A stretch of 64,000 nucleotides of DNA from positions 32,001 through 96,000 of the IMG/VR virus record IMGVR_UViG_3300042453_004886. One strand, given 5' to 3'. Each line of letters begins with the position of its first letter. Position 1 is the stretch's first letter. The DNA comes from a virus. Shown in pieces: positions 26,544 through 35,825 of the stretch. A program made the translations under genes and the position numbers. The notes under the pieces are model-generated. The model saw only the letters and a list, made by a program, of their open reading frames with translations. It had not been told where the DNA came from and searched no databases.

Positions 26544-29500
26544 TAGCTACTCAAATCAATCGTTGTTACCGACTCTACAAGAGGAGAAAATTCAACTTCT
26601 TCATAGGTTTCAAATTCATCCATTTTTTCTTGACCATTAAAATAAGCAGAGTCGTAGTTAAGTATTGTAGCAGATTTAAAAACTGAAGTAGTACCATTTT
26701 TTACTTCTGTGATAATTAAGCCAAGTAAACCAGAAAATTTTGCAACAGTACCAGCATCGTTACCAGCAGCGCGTATGAGGCGTTCAAGCAAAGTATCGTC
26801 ATCAAGTTTATTCAGAACTAATGCTATATCTGTATCATCTTCGTCTATATGATTGTAATAAAAATACCTTGATTTTACGGTGTACCCATTTAATAGTGAA
26901 GAAGTATTTTCTATTTTCCAGGTTACTTCTTCTATAAGCACGTCTTCCGCAGAGGTAAAGTAACCTTCAGTACCAAGTTTACTTACTTTTTTATACTTTA
27001 TTGAATCTGTTGTAGTAGTACCTGTTAATAAATTTTGACTAAGTAGGGTCGGTATATACTTTTTAAGTTCATCAGAAAAGCTGTTTACTCTTATCTGCTG
27101 TTCAAATTCTATTTCTTTTACTTCTTCTGATAGCTCAATATCTTGGTAGCTAGTTATAGGTACTTTTTTAACAATACAAATTGGAAGCTTGTACTCTTTT
27201 AAAAGATTTTCATATACTGAAAGTTTTTCTTGGTTGTTGATTAACTTATACTCAAAGTACCCGTCTGGGCCAGATGAGCTATAGTCTCCTCTAAGGTAGA
27301 TAACGTAACTGTTCAGCGCGTCAGAAGTTAGCTTATCAACATGAATTCTAGAAACAAATCCACTAGATAGACCTAAATTACCTGAGTTAGTTCTATCTAT
27401 AAGAAAAGGACTAAACGTACTATCTGGAAAATTCTTTAGCCTTACTTTATTATCGGATACTTCAGTTTCTAGTTGAAACGATTTATATTTAGTTGTACCA
27501 GGAATAAGATCAGTATAGATAAGTTGTTTATTTGTTTCAGTCTGTACAACGTTTAAATCTACAGTAGCGCTGTAGTAAACTGTATACGCGTCTCCTTGAC
27601 TAGGCTCAAGAACTGCAGCAGTCGAGTTGTTTCTCCATTTAATAACTGGATAGGTTCTCTCAGCAGTATTCAAATTACCACTAGTATCTAGTTTTGTTTC
27701 ATATGTTAATTCGTAAACAGCCTGTGGATCTGTTTGGTTTTCATAACCACGTTTAAGAGGTAATGTTTGACCGTTTCTGGTTACTTCTATCTTTTCAACA
27801 TTTACATTACTTATGTAAGCTGGCATAAGTTGATTATTAGAAGATATTGGAAGTCCTAGAAAATCTTTTGGAGAGCTATTGTTGTAGGTAACAGCGTTCA
27901 ATTGTTCTCTGGTCTTAGTTTCTATAAAAAGAACAGAAACTCTACAACCAGATAAGGATGTAAAAGAAGGTGAAATTGGATATTTAGTAGTTTGACTTAC
28001 AAAGTCAAATACTTTATTTATTGAAGTTGTAGTTGTACCTGCAGAGATAGTGGGAAGTACAACATTATCTTCTCTTCCTGCAATATATCTGCCTTCAACA
28101 AAAGCATCGACCACTTTTACTTTTACAGTATTAGTAGAATTTTCTAATTTACGCACTTCAGGGGGTGTTACAAACTTGGTTTTGATAACGCTTTTAAACC
28201 GTTCAGAGAAGAAGTTAGAAGAAATATTTGTAAATTCCCTGTTAGACAAAGAAGAAACAATTTGTCCATTTTTGGTAATGTGTACAGGATAAACACGAAT
28301 AAAAGCTTCTTCTTTTGTAACGCCGTGTGCATTAAAAAACTGCATATCTTCATCAGGAGTGACCTGAGCTTGTCTTATAACCAGATCTGTAATTCCTGCA
28401 GCTGTAAAAGTAGCAGGCATATTTGGAGTTGAGTAGGATGTAAGAGACGCACCAGAAGTCGTAGATAGGTTTTGTCGAACAGCCTGAGTACCTAACTTCA
28501 AGCTTGAAGTAGGTCCAGGAACAAAGTTTGAGTATGAGCTTCCATTAGCCATTACGTACTTGGTAAATTTGGGTCTTCTTTCGTCTGTTTCCGTGTCTGC
28601 CATATGCAGATCGCTTACGTAAATAACCGTACCTTGGGGAAGAGCAGTATCTGGGTGGTAAATTGTAACTCCGATTCTTCTTCCTTTAAAAGTATCCGAA
28701 TTGTTGGTTTGTAAGATATTTAGAACAGCATCAGTAAGCTTAAGTTTTAACTCTACGGAGGAGTCATCAGTTAGAGATTTTTTAAAGTTATTGTTGGAGA
28801 ACAAATCAATAGCAAGAAAACTCTGAGTGTCTGCAATTTGTCCATTAAGGTTTGCTTGAAATACATTAATATACGCTTTTAAATCAGTTGTATTGTATCC
28901 AGAGTTTGCTGGTAACTTTATTCTTACAAAAGCTTTGAGGTATTTATCTCTTTGAAGCTCGGGAAATACTTCAGTTCCACTTATAATATCTATAGTTTCA
29001 TGATTATTAGCCGGTACGACAAATTTTCCACTGTGAACAGCATTGCTAGCCACCTGGACAGATGTTTCTACCGAGGAAAGTAATCTGTTTCCGTTACCAT
29101 CTCTGTAAATAACGGATGCCGCTGCATTGTTATCAAAGTCTGAAGTAACAAGAGTGCCCGCAACCCAAACAGGAACTACCTGTAACCTGTTTGCTCCAGG
29201 TAACCCCAAGTTTTGTCCAGTTGCTTGCTTGATAACAGGGTCTCTTAGGCTCTGGTCTTCGTTTGCCGTAATAACAAACTTGTCCAAGAAAACGCCCATA
29301 AAGCCCCAACCGGATGCAGGCGCCTCTAGGCCAGATACGCTTGGAATATCATGAACAGCACCATCAATCCAAAGCTTGTTATTAGAGTCATCAACAGTTT
29401 TATATTTACCTGAATTTGCAGAATCAGCAGTAACTACCATTCCAGAAACAACGTCACCGTTTTGAAAAATAGCTTCTCCGGCTTGCTGTACTTTGTCTTT

Positions 29501-29626
29501 TAAAAGAGCCTGTATTTCGTTAAACTCGGCAGATTGTGGAACTTCTCCAGCAAGAGCTCTCCACTCTTCGTAGTTTGAAGAGCGAACGTATCTATTAAAA
29601 TAGTTAGGCTCTCTACTGAATTGCAT
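26543..29626 (-). CDS. DUF4815-like baseplate/fibre attachment protein
   Basis: N-terminal PQSAEFNEIQALLKDKVQQAGEAIFQNGDVVSG matches the DUF4815 start; follows the baseplate wedge genes. Confidence 0.75.
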   Translation of the reverse strand: MQFSREPNYFNRYVRSSNYEEWRALAGEVPQSAEFNEIQALLKDKVQQAGEAIFQNGDVVSGMVVTADSANSGKYKTVDDSNNKLWIDGAVHDIPSVSGLEAPASGWGFMGVFLDKFVITANEDQSLRDPVIKQATGQNLGLPGANRLQVVPVWVAGTLVTSDFDNNAAASVIYRDGNGNRLLSSVETSVQVASNAVHSGKFVVPANNHETIDIISGTEVFPELQRDKYLKAFVRIKLPANSGYNTTDLKAYINVFQANLNGQIADTQSFLAIDLFSNNNFKKSLTDDSSVELKLKLTDAVLNILQTNNSDTFKGRRIGVTIYHPDTALPQGTVIYVSDLHMADTETDERRPKFTKYVMANGSSYSNFVPGPTSSLKLGTQAVRQNLSTTSGASLTSYSTPNMPATFTAAGITDLVIRQAQVTPDEDMQFFNAHGVTKEEAFIRVYPVHITKNGQIVSSLSNREFTNISSNFFSERFKSVIKTKFVTPPEVRKLENSTNTVKVKVVDAFVEGRYIAGREDNVVLPTISAGTTTTSINKVFDFVSQTTKYPISPSFTSLSGCRVSVLFIETKTREQLNAVTYNNSSPKDFLGLPISSNNQLMPAYISNVNVEKIEVTRNGQTLPLKRGYENQTDPQAVYELTYETKLDTSGNLNTAERTYPVIKWRNNSTAAVLEPSQGDAYTVYYSATVDLNVVQTETNKQLIYTDLIPGTTKYKSFQLETEVSDNKVRLKNFPDSTFSPFLIDRTNSGNLGLSSGFVSRIHVDKLTSDALNSYVIYLRGDYSSSGPDGYFEYKLINNQEKLSVYENLLKEYKLPICIVKKVPITSYQDIELSEEVKEIEFEQQIRVNSFSDELKKYIPTLLSQNLLTGTTTTDSIKYKKVSKLGTEGYFTSAEDVLIEEVTWKIENTSSLLNGYTVKSRYFYYNHIDEDDTDIALVLNKLDDDTLLERLIRAAGNDAGTVAKFSGLLGLIITEVKNGTTSVFKSATILNYDSAYFNGQEKMDEFETYEEVEFSPLVESVTTIDLSS

Positions 29627-29636
29627 CTAAATCTCC

Positions 29637-30203
29637 CTAAATCTGAATAACCAGCTGAAGCTTTTTGCTCTGTCCGCTAGTGATATTTATAGCACCCCCT
29701 GTTTGATCTGCAAAAGAGTGTGCTACTTGAATAGTGTAGGTAGTATTTGTTGCAATACTGGGAGCCTTGGGAATAAATCCACCTACTCCAGAACTATATG
29801 ATTCTTTGATAGAAAGATTACTTACGATGAAAATACCATTAATTGCAGTATTGGGAGCGTTGTTAAACATCAAAGAACTTACTTCAAAATCTAGATAAAG
29901 CCTCAATCCCGCTACGTTACCGATAGATGCGGAAGAACTATAAAATTTATAGATAGTTGTTTGAGGGGTAGCGCCGCCTGAAACGACCGTAACACCAGCC
30001 TCCCCAGAGGATAAACTTGCAACAGCAGTACAAATAAACTGATTGCTTACAGGAACAATTCCTAACACACCGTCAGTAGTAGGAGAAGCGAAAGATAAGT
30101 CTCCTGGCCACGTATACCCAGGCTGCATCAGCACGCAATAAAGTCGTTGACTTGCAAGTATTTTTAATCTTTCTGCTCTTCCGTCGTTGTGAATAGTAGC
30201 CAT
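29637..30203 (-). CDS. putative baseplate wedge subunit
   Basis: Position between gpI-like and DUF4815-like genes; beta-rich 188 aa. Confidence 0.45.
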   Translation of the reverse strand: MATIHNDGRAERLKILASQRLYCVLMQPGYTWPGDLSFASPTTDGVLGIVPVSNQFICTAVASLSSGEAGVTVVSGGATPQTTIYKFYSSSASIGNVAGLRLYLDFEVSSLMFNNAPNTAINGIFIVSNLSIKESYSSGVGGFIPKAPSIATNTTYTIQVAHSFADQTGGAINITSGQSKKLQLVIQI

Positions 30204-30223
30204 CTAGTTACCCTCTGTAAGTA

Positions 30224-31369
30224 TTATGGGCCGAAAACCACGGAGTAATTAATTGTAGGGTCTAGGTTTAAAACCACCGATTCGTTGCTACTAGGGTAAG
30301 ATCCCAGATAAATATTTGGCGTGCTGTCTGCAAAATACAATTGAGTATCAAACACTAGTTGCTGAGTCTCCCCTAAAAAAGTAGAAACATGTAATCTTGT
30401 TAGAACTCCTGCAGGACGTATATTTTTAAAAGACTCAGGAACCTCGAAGTTTAAGTTAGTAGTCTTTACGTATACGTCTACAATTCCCCCCGTGTCTTCT
30501 ATATTAAAATATTTTTTTGTAGATCCTTCTAGATAACTAGTATAACTTCCAAGTTGGTTTTTAAGCAAGCGTATTCTTTGTTTTTTTACATCTGCAGGTT
30601 CAATATAATTTCCAGTTTCTGTAAGTCCAGGTATAGAAGTATTTGTTGTAATTCCAGACACTGAAAGTAATTCAGAGTCTAAGAACTGCACAGGGTAAGT
30701 AGAATTTATTTGTTTACTGAACCTTCCATCGCTATAGTAGTTTAAATTGTCGTAGTAATACTTCCTGTATACTTCACATCTTTTGTTAAAACTATCATCT
30801 GACTCACCAACAAATTTAGTAGGAACATAAAGTTTTGCAGAGGGGTAAGGCTTTAAGTTTTTCCAAGTTTCTCTAAGAGATACTTCTCCGTATACGCCAA
30901 AATCAGTCAGATTTTCAAAGTAAGACTTTATTTCTTGGAGTGTTACGCCGGCTGTTTTAAAAACGCTTTTAAGCTCAGTAGCTATTTCTAAAATTCGTGC
31001 TTGGTAATCTTCTACAGTTTCCGTAGAGGCCTTATCCCAAACAATCTGATTGGTTTTTTCTTCACCGTAGTAATCTAAATACGTGTTTTTGACATGCTGT
31101 ATCCAACGATCTGTTACAAGGGGTGGGGTAAGGTACAGGTTTTGATCAAACTCTTTTATGGCATGCACAAACTTTGCAATAGAATCAGACACAGCTATTA
31201 CAATATTTGCAGCTACAGTTCTTGGGGCATTTGTTGTCTGGTTTATACGAGACGCCGCTACACCAAACCAGTTTCTATGTTCAGGGATCTTACTTTTTAA
31301 ATGAAGCGTAACGTCAGTTTTTACGCCATCTAAACTTACGACATTTTGGTTTATTCTATTAAAAGGCAT
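30224..31369 (-). CDS. baseplate wedge protein (P2 gpI/Mu gp48-like)
   Basis: Follows baseplate J; two ETxEDYxARI/GESDDSFNKR-type motifs and C-terminal IRPAGV. Confidence 0.6.
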   Translation of the reverse strand: MPFNRINQNVVSLDGVKTDVTLHLKSKIPEHRNWFGVAASRINQTTNAPRTVAANIVIAVSDSIAKFVHAIKEFDQNLYLTPPLVTDRWIQHVKNTYLDYYGEEKTNQIVWDKASTETVEDYQARILEIATELKSVFKTAGVTLQEIKSYFENLTDFGVYGEVSLRETWKNLKPYPSAKLYVPTKFVGESDDSFNKRCEVYRKYYYDNLNYYSDGRFSKQINSTYPVQFLDSELLSVSGITTNTSIPGLTETGNYIEPADVKKQRIRLLKNQLGSYTSYLEGSTKKYFNIEDTGGIVDVYVKTTNLNFEVPESFKNIRPAGVLTRLHVSTFLGETQQLVFDTQLYFADSTPNIYLGSYPSSNESVVLNLDPTINYSVVFGP

Positions 31370-32620
31370 TTAGTTTTCCGCCGATACATTCAAGCTATTA
31401 AGTAAAATAATTTTTCCAGCGGGAAGTGTAACTACTCTGTTACCGCCAGAGCCTGTATACGCTGGCTTTCCCCTTAAAGCTACATCTGAGTAATCGTTTG
31501 GGTATAAAACTTCAATACTAACCCCTCTGTCAGAAACAGCTGCCGTGAAAACAGTTGCTTCAAGTGCAGAAAGATAAATAGTTTGACCAATACTAAGATT
31601 TGAAAAGTAGTTTTTTACAGTTGTCTGAGCAGCTGCCAAAGCGTTAGTTACAGATTCATCTGTGAGTGCTTTAGAAGTCTTTATTTTTACAACGCAATCT
31701 AAAGCAAACACAGGAGGAAGTTTTATGTCGTATCGTATACCGGCTGGCTTTTTTTCTTGTATTCTATTTTCAACTGATTCTTTTACTTTTGCTGGCAAAT
31801 CTCCGGCTTCCCAAGTTTCAGGAGTTACCTCTACTACAATCGAACCAGGATGGTTTCCTTCTATAACGTTATTTATAACCCTTGAGTTGTCGTGAACAAT
31901 TACTGACTTAACTCCAGATACAGACTTGAGGTAATTTTCAATAATACTAATAGTCCCGTAACCAATATTTTGAATATAGGCCTGAAAGCCTCTTCTAGCC
32001 TCTTCATCGCTTTCTGACGAGCTTCCACCCGAAATGGCATTACCAGTAAAAGAACTCAAGTCCTGTGAGGCTGTAGACCCCACGTAAAACTGAATTTGAG
32101 GGTATATAGAGCTTGTGAGTAACTTGCCAGCAGGAATAGTAAGAGCTCCGTTATTGAGAGCTTCAACGTTAAGTTTTATGGATGCGATATTACTGGTTTG
32201 ATCAAAGCTACCCTGAGAACCCGTTACGCGTAGCGTTGTTGACGGGCTGGCGCTGATAAGCTGAGTTCCTACAGGTATAGGACTTGAAAATGTTACACCA
32301 GCAGGTCTTACGGCAAAAACTGTTCCAGTTGATTTTGTCCCTGCAGCAGGAACGTAGTTAAAATCTAAAAGCCTTGCTTTTAGCTTGTCCCCTGTAGCTG
32401 TGCTGATATAAAACGAGTCTGTAAGCTGTTTTAAGGTCTCCCAGTAGTTAGATATGGTTGCGGCTATTCCTCGTAGAAGTGCGCCCGCTATAGACCCTTC
32501 AGAAAAGTCTGTAATGCGCTTGTTTGTAGGTAACTGACCTTGGAGCTGCTTGTTTTCAATAGAAGATTTTATCTCTGAAAAAATGTTGTCATAAGTTTTT
32601 GATTCAAACTCTCTTGGCAT
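31370..32620 (-). CDS. baseplate J-like protein
   Basis: ITDFSEGSIAGALL, ATGDKL, GGSSSESDEEARR, VSGVKSV and KKPAGI motifs. Confidence 0.9.
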   Translation of the reverse strand: MPREFESKTYDNIFSEIKSSIENKQLQGQLPTNKRITDFSEGSIAGALLRGIAATISNYWETLKQLTDSFYISTATGDKLKARLLDFNYVPAAGTKSTGTVFAVRPAGVTFSSPIPVGTQLISASPSTTLRVTGSQGSFDQTSNIASIKLNVEALNNGALTIPAGKLLTSSIYPQIQFYVGSTASQDLSSFTGNAISGGSSSESDEEARRGFQAYIQNIGYGTISIIENYLKSVSGVKSVIVHDNSRVINNVIEGNHPGSIVVEVTPETWEAGDLPAKVKESVENRIQEKKPAGIRYDIKLPPVFALDCVVKIKTSKALTDESVTNALAAAQTTVKNYFSNLSIGQTIYLSALEATVFTAAVSDRGVSIEVLYPNDYSDVALRGKPAYTGSGGNRVVTLPAGKIILLNSLNVSAEN

Positions 32621-32629
32621 ACTAACTCC

Positions 32630-33115
32630 CTAATTCATGACAACATCAGTTGTTAAAGTTCCTGTTTCGGATGAATCAGTTAGCTCATATGAAACAGTCA
32701 CTTTTATCTCACCAAACTCTTGTTTAAGCTCAAACTGAATATCTAATACGTTTATTCTATCGTCTTTATTTATTGCTTCAAACAGTTTTGTTTTCAATTT
32801 CTGAATAAAAACCAAATTAAAAGGTTCTGATAAAAGGGTACCCAAGTCTGATCCGTAATCAGTCCCGTTCTCAACTGTTTCAGTCTCTGTTATAGCCGTA
32901 CCGGAAGAACCAGCAGTTTTGTAGCCGTATATAAGTTTTGAATAGTCTCCTACCTTGGTAGTAATTCTTCTTATAATCGATCTTTTTATGAGCTCTTCAT
33001 TTGTTATAAGAGATAGATCTCCGTTTACTACAACAAAATCAGGATCATCAATACTAAATCCAGCAACGTATCCAAAATTGCCAGTCTCTATTTGAAGGTC
33101 ACCTTGATCAGCCAC
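32630..33115 (-). CDS. gp25/GPW-like baseplate protein
   Basis: DYGSDLGTLLSEP and AINKDDRINVLDI motifs; directly upstream of baseplate J. Confidence 0.8.
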   Translation of the reverse strand: MADQGDLQIETGNFGYVAGFSIDDPDFVVVNGDLSLITNEELIKRSIIRRITTKVGDYSKLIYGYKTAGSSGTAITETETVENGTDYGSDLGTLLSEPFNLVFIQKLKTKLFEAINKDDRINVLDIQFELKQEFGEIKVTVSYELTDSSETGTLTTDVVMN

Positions 33116-34016
33116 CTATAGTACCTCCCTGTTTTTTCTGAGTAGAAACTTCATTATCTGAAGAAACATACGCAGGAATCCCACTCATGCCTTCCCACTG
33201 AGGTAGCTGAACTTGTGTTTTTGTTTTTGATTTTGACCAATCATCTGATATATGGCTTTCAACTTTTTGATTGCAATTTAGGTAAATTTTATCTCCATCT
33301 ACTCTTATATCGGTTCCAGCAGATAGGCTAATTTTACTTTTTGCAATTAAACCAATATCCCCTGCGGATAGTCCAAATTCGTCTTTTACACTCTGCAAGA
33401 GATTTATAGCTTTATGAATAAGCAAGTCGGCTTCGTTTAACATCGTGTGAGCAAACATAATCCTTGAGTGAGCTGTATCAACCATGACAGGAGCTTCAGT
33501 TCTGATTGCAGTTCCAGCTCGTTTCATGAAAGATCTTCCAACTTTAACTTCACTGGAAGTCAAAATATCAACCTTGTTACCAGAAGCCATAAAGACAGAG
33601 TTTGCAGCTACTACATCCCCAAATTGACCCGTGCTTGATGTTATTTTTGACGTAGCAAACGACATAAAATTTTCAGCAGTGCTACCAAATAAAGTTTTAA
33701 GTTTAGTTATAAACAACTCAATTTCTGGGTAGTCTTTAGTACCTACCGCTGCTAGCTCTGTTGCTAAAATGCTATTTAATGAAAGAACCGTATTTTGCTT
33801 TAACTTTTTAGTTTGCTCTGGGTGAGAATCTTCTGCTGGTATTTGTTTAGAACCTGCGTCAGGGTCAGCTACAAAAGTTGAGTTAACAGCCTTCTCAGCT
33901 GCAGCAGACAAAAAGGTAGCCTGAGTAGAAACCTTCTGAACTGAAGTCTTAACCCCATCAGCAAAGCTTAAAACTTTGGTTATAAGTCCAGAGAAATCTT
34001 CCACGCTAAGCTCCAA
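33108..34016 (-). CDS. putative spike beta-helix protein (gp5C/gpV C-terminal-like)
   Basis: Short alternating beta repeats ending KISLSAGTDIRVDGDKIYLN, typical of spike C termini. Confidence 0.55.
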   Translation of the reverse strand: MELSVEDFSGLITKVLSFADGVKTSVQKVSTQATFLSAAAEKAVNSTFVADPDAGSKQIPAEDSHPEQTKKLKQNTVLSLNSILATELAAVGTKDYPEIELFITKLKTLFGSTAENFMSFATSKITSSTGQFGDVVAANSVFMASGNKVDILTSSEVKVGRSFMKRAGTAIRTEAPVMVDTAHSRIMFAHTMLNEADLLIHKAINLLQSVKDEFGLSAGDIGLIAKSKISLSAGTDIRVDGDKIYLNCNQKVESHISDDWSKSKTKTQVQLPQWEGMSGIPAYVSSDNEVSTQKKQGGTIGG

Positions 34017-35331
34017 GAACTTGGAATATGTTTGCTATGTGGGCCCCATTAAATAGATACTTGGAGTATTTTATTCCCTCTCCCGCCAGTATTTTTATTT
34101 TATCACCAGTAGCTTCACTGTCTGCAGATAAAGCTTCTATCCTGCAAAGAACTGTAAAACATATTATTAATACAATTGCCTGAGATCCAAGAGGACCTCC
34201 TATTTGGTTAGCTGCTGTTTTCCAAGAGTTTAGTTTAGACTTAAAGTCACTATTAGTTGAAGCAGCGTTTGTAATAAAGTCCTGTTTTATAGATTGTAAT
34301 AAATCAGAAGTGGCCTCAAAACTTTTATCAACTGCATCTTTGAACTTTGGATTTGCTTGGATAATTGAACTTACTTGATCGGGGTATCTAACTGTGTTTT
34401 CAATCGGGTTGGAATCAAAGAACCACCACCAAAAGCTATCTGTTCCAAAATTTGTGGTTTCTCTGCCGATAAACATAGACATAAGCAGCTCTACTACTGA
34501 CTGTCCTTGAGGTAATAGAGTTTTAAGTTTTAACATCCAGGCAGAAGGTTCTCTTGCTGATACATTTTGCTGCGTGTAAATGCTCAATACTTGATAGCAT
34601 ACCCCAGTATCAAGTTCTTTAAGAATAGTATCTAAGTTAACGATTGCTTTAAAAATATTGTGGTCCGATTCGGTACGTAAAACATAAGCTGAAAACAGCT
34701 GAAAAAGATTTTTAGACGGGTCGTCTTTTATTTTTTGTAAGTCAAGCGATTCTGCAATCGTACTCTTGAGAACATTAGGTATGCTGTTATAACCAGGTAG
34801 TATGTACTGGGGGAAACAACTTAGCATTAATTCTATTTCTGACTTTGAACTGTTAGCAGGATCAAGTTTTTTAGAATTAAATAAACTATAAAGGTCTGAG
34901 TTATAACTTTCCAAATTTGAAGACATTGCAAGGTAAAAAATGTTTCCCGGTAGGCTTGGAATGCTTAAGTCATAATCAAGTCTTTTCTTTAAAACTTCTG
35001 GATTTTTTTCAGGTTGCTTGGAAAAATTGTAATTAACAGAGCTTTCTATTTCTGATACAGGGCTTAGCCTTGAGTCATGGGTGTAAATATACGAGCACAT
35101 GATTTCTTTTAACTGAGTACACAGCTTCGACATGGCAAGCATTGGAGAAGTTTTTATGGTGTTTAGAGCTTCTATGGAGTTTCTTGATACACGAGCTATT
35201 TGATCTTGCACTACTTTTAGTGAGTCAATATCTTGAGATATTGCTACTGCGTTTTCTACAACTTCAGAAACTGGAGCGTTTGCTTCTATTATTCTTGCTC
35301 TTAAAGCATTTGTATTTTTAGCGTAGCTCAT
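34006..35331 (-). CDS. hypothetical helical protein in the baseplate cluster
   Basis: 441 aa, coupled to both neighbours; no motif recognised. Confidence 0.55.
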   Translation of the reverse strand: MSYAKNTNALRARIIEANAPVSEVVENAVAISQDIDSLKVVQDQIARVSRNSIEALNTIKTSPMLAMSKLCTQLKEIMCSYIYTHDSRLSPVSEIESSVNYNFSKQPEKNPEVLKKRLDYDLSIPSLPGNIFYLAMSSNLESYNSDLYSLFNSKKLDPANSSKSEIELMLSCFPQYILPGYNSIPNVLKSTIAESLDLQKIKDDPSKNLFQLFSAYVLRTESDHNIFKAIVNLDTILKELDTGVCYQVLSIYTQQNVSAREPSAWMLKLKTLLPQGQSVVELLMSMFIGRETTNFGTDSFWWWFFDSNPIENTVRYPDQVSSIIQANPKFKDAVDKSFEATSDLLQSIKQDFITNAASTNSDFKSKLNSWKTAANQIGGPLGSQAIVLIICFTVLCRIEALSADSEATGDKIKILAGEGIKYSKYLFNGAHIANIFQVLGA

Positions 35332-35823
35332 CTAATCGTTCCTGCTAGGAGGGATTTCTTGTCCTGTGCGGTTAAAAACTCGGCCAGCCAAGTCTTTTGC
35401 AAGATGCTGGGGGTGAGGAGAAGCCGGCAACAGCGATTGTATATGTTCTCCTGCCTTGCTTACGATTTCGTCTGTAGATTTGATCAAAGGAACTTCGTGC
35501 CCAAGGTGAGAAAGTCTATCTTCTAGCAAATTACCAAGTTCTGGTAGTTTAAGTAACTTACTTGGATCAAATTCTTTAAGAGCGGTTTCAAATTTTTTAT
35601 TTAAACCTTCTATCTGCTCATTAATAAAATTTTTTCCAGTTTTTAGTAATTCTTCTTGACCGTACATTTTATAAGAGGACACTAACTGATCAGCAGTATT
35701 TTTTACTATAGTTGATTGATCCCCAAGCAAGTTTGAAGTGTACTTATGGGTCTCTTCCATCGCGTTAAACTCACCTGTTAGCTTACTTAATACGTTTAGC
35801 TGATTAAAGTCAAAATTAAACAT
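35332..35823 (-). CDS. hypothetical helical protein in the baseplate cluster
   Basis: 163 aa, tightly packed; no motif recognised. Confidence 0.55.
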   Translation of the reverse strand: MFNFDFNQLNVLSKLTGEFNAMEETHKYTSNLLGDQSTIVKNTADQLVSSYKMYGQEELLKTGKNFINEQIEGLNKKFETALKEFDPSKLLKLPELGNLLEDRLSHLGHEVPLIKSTDEIVSKAGEHIQSLLPASPHPQHLAKDLAGRVFNRTGQEIPPSRND

Positions 35824-35825
35824 AT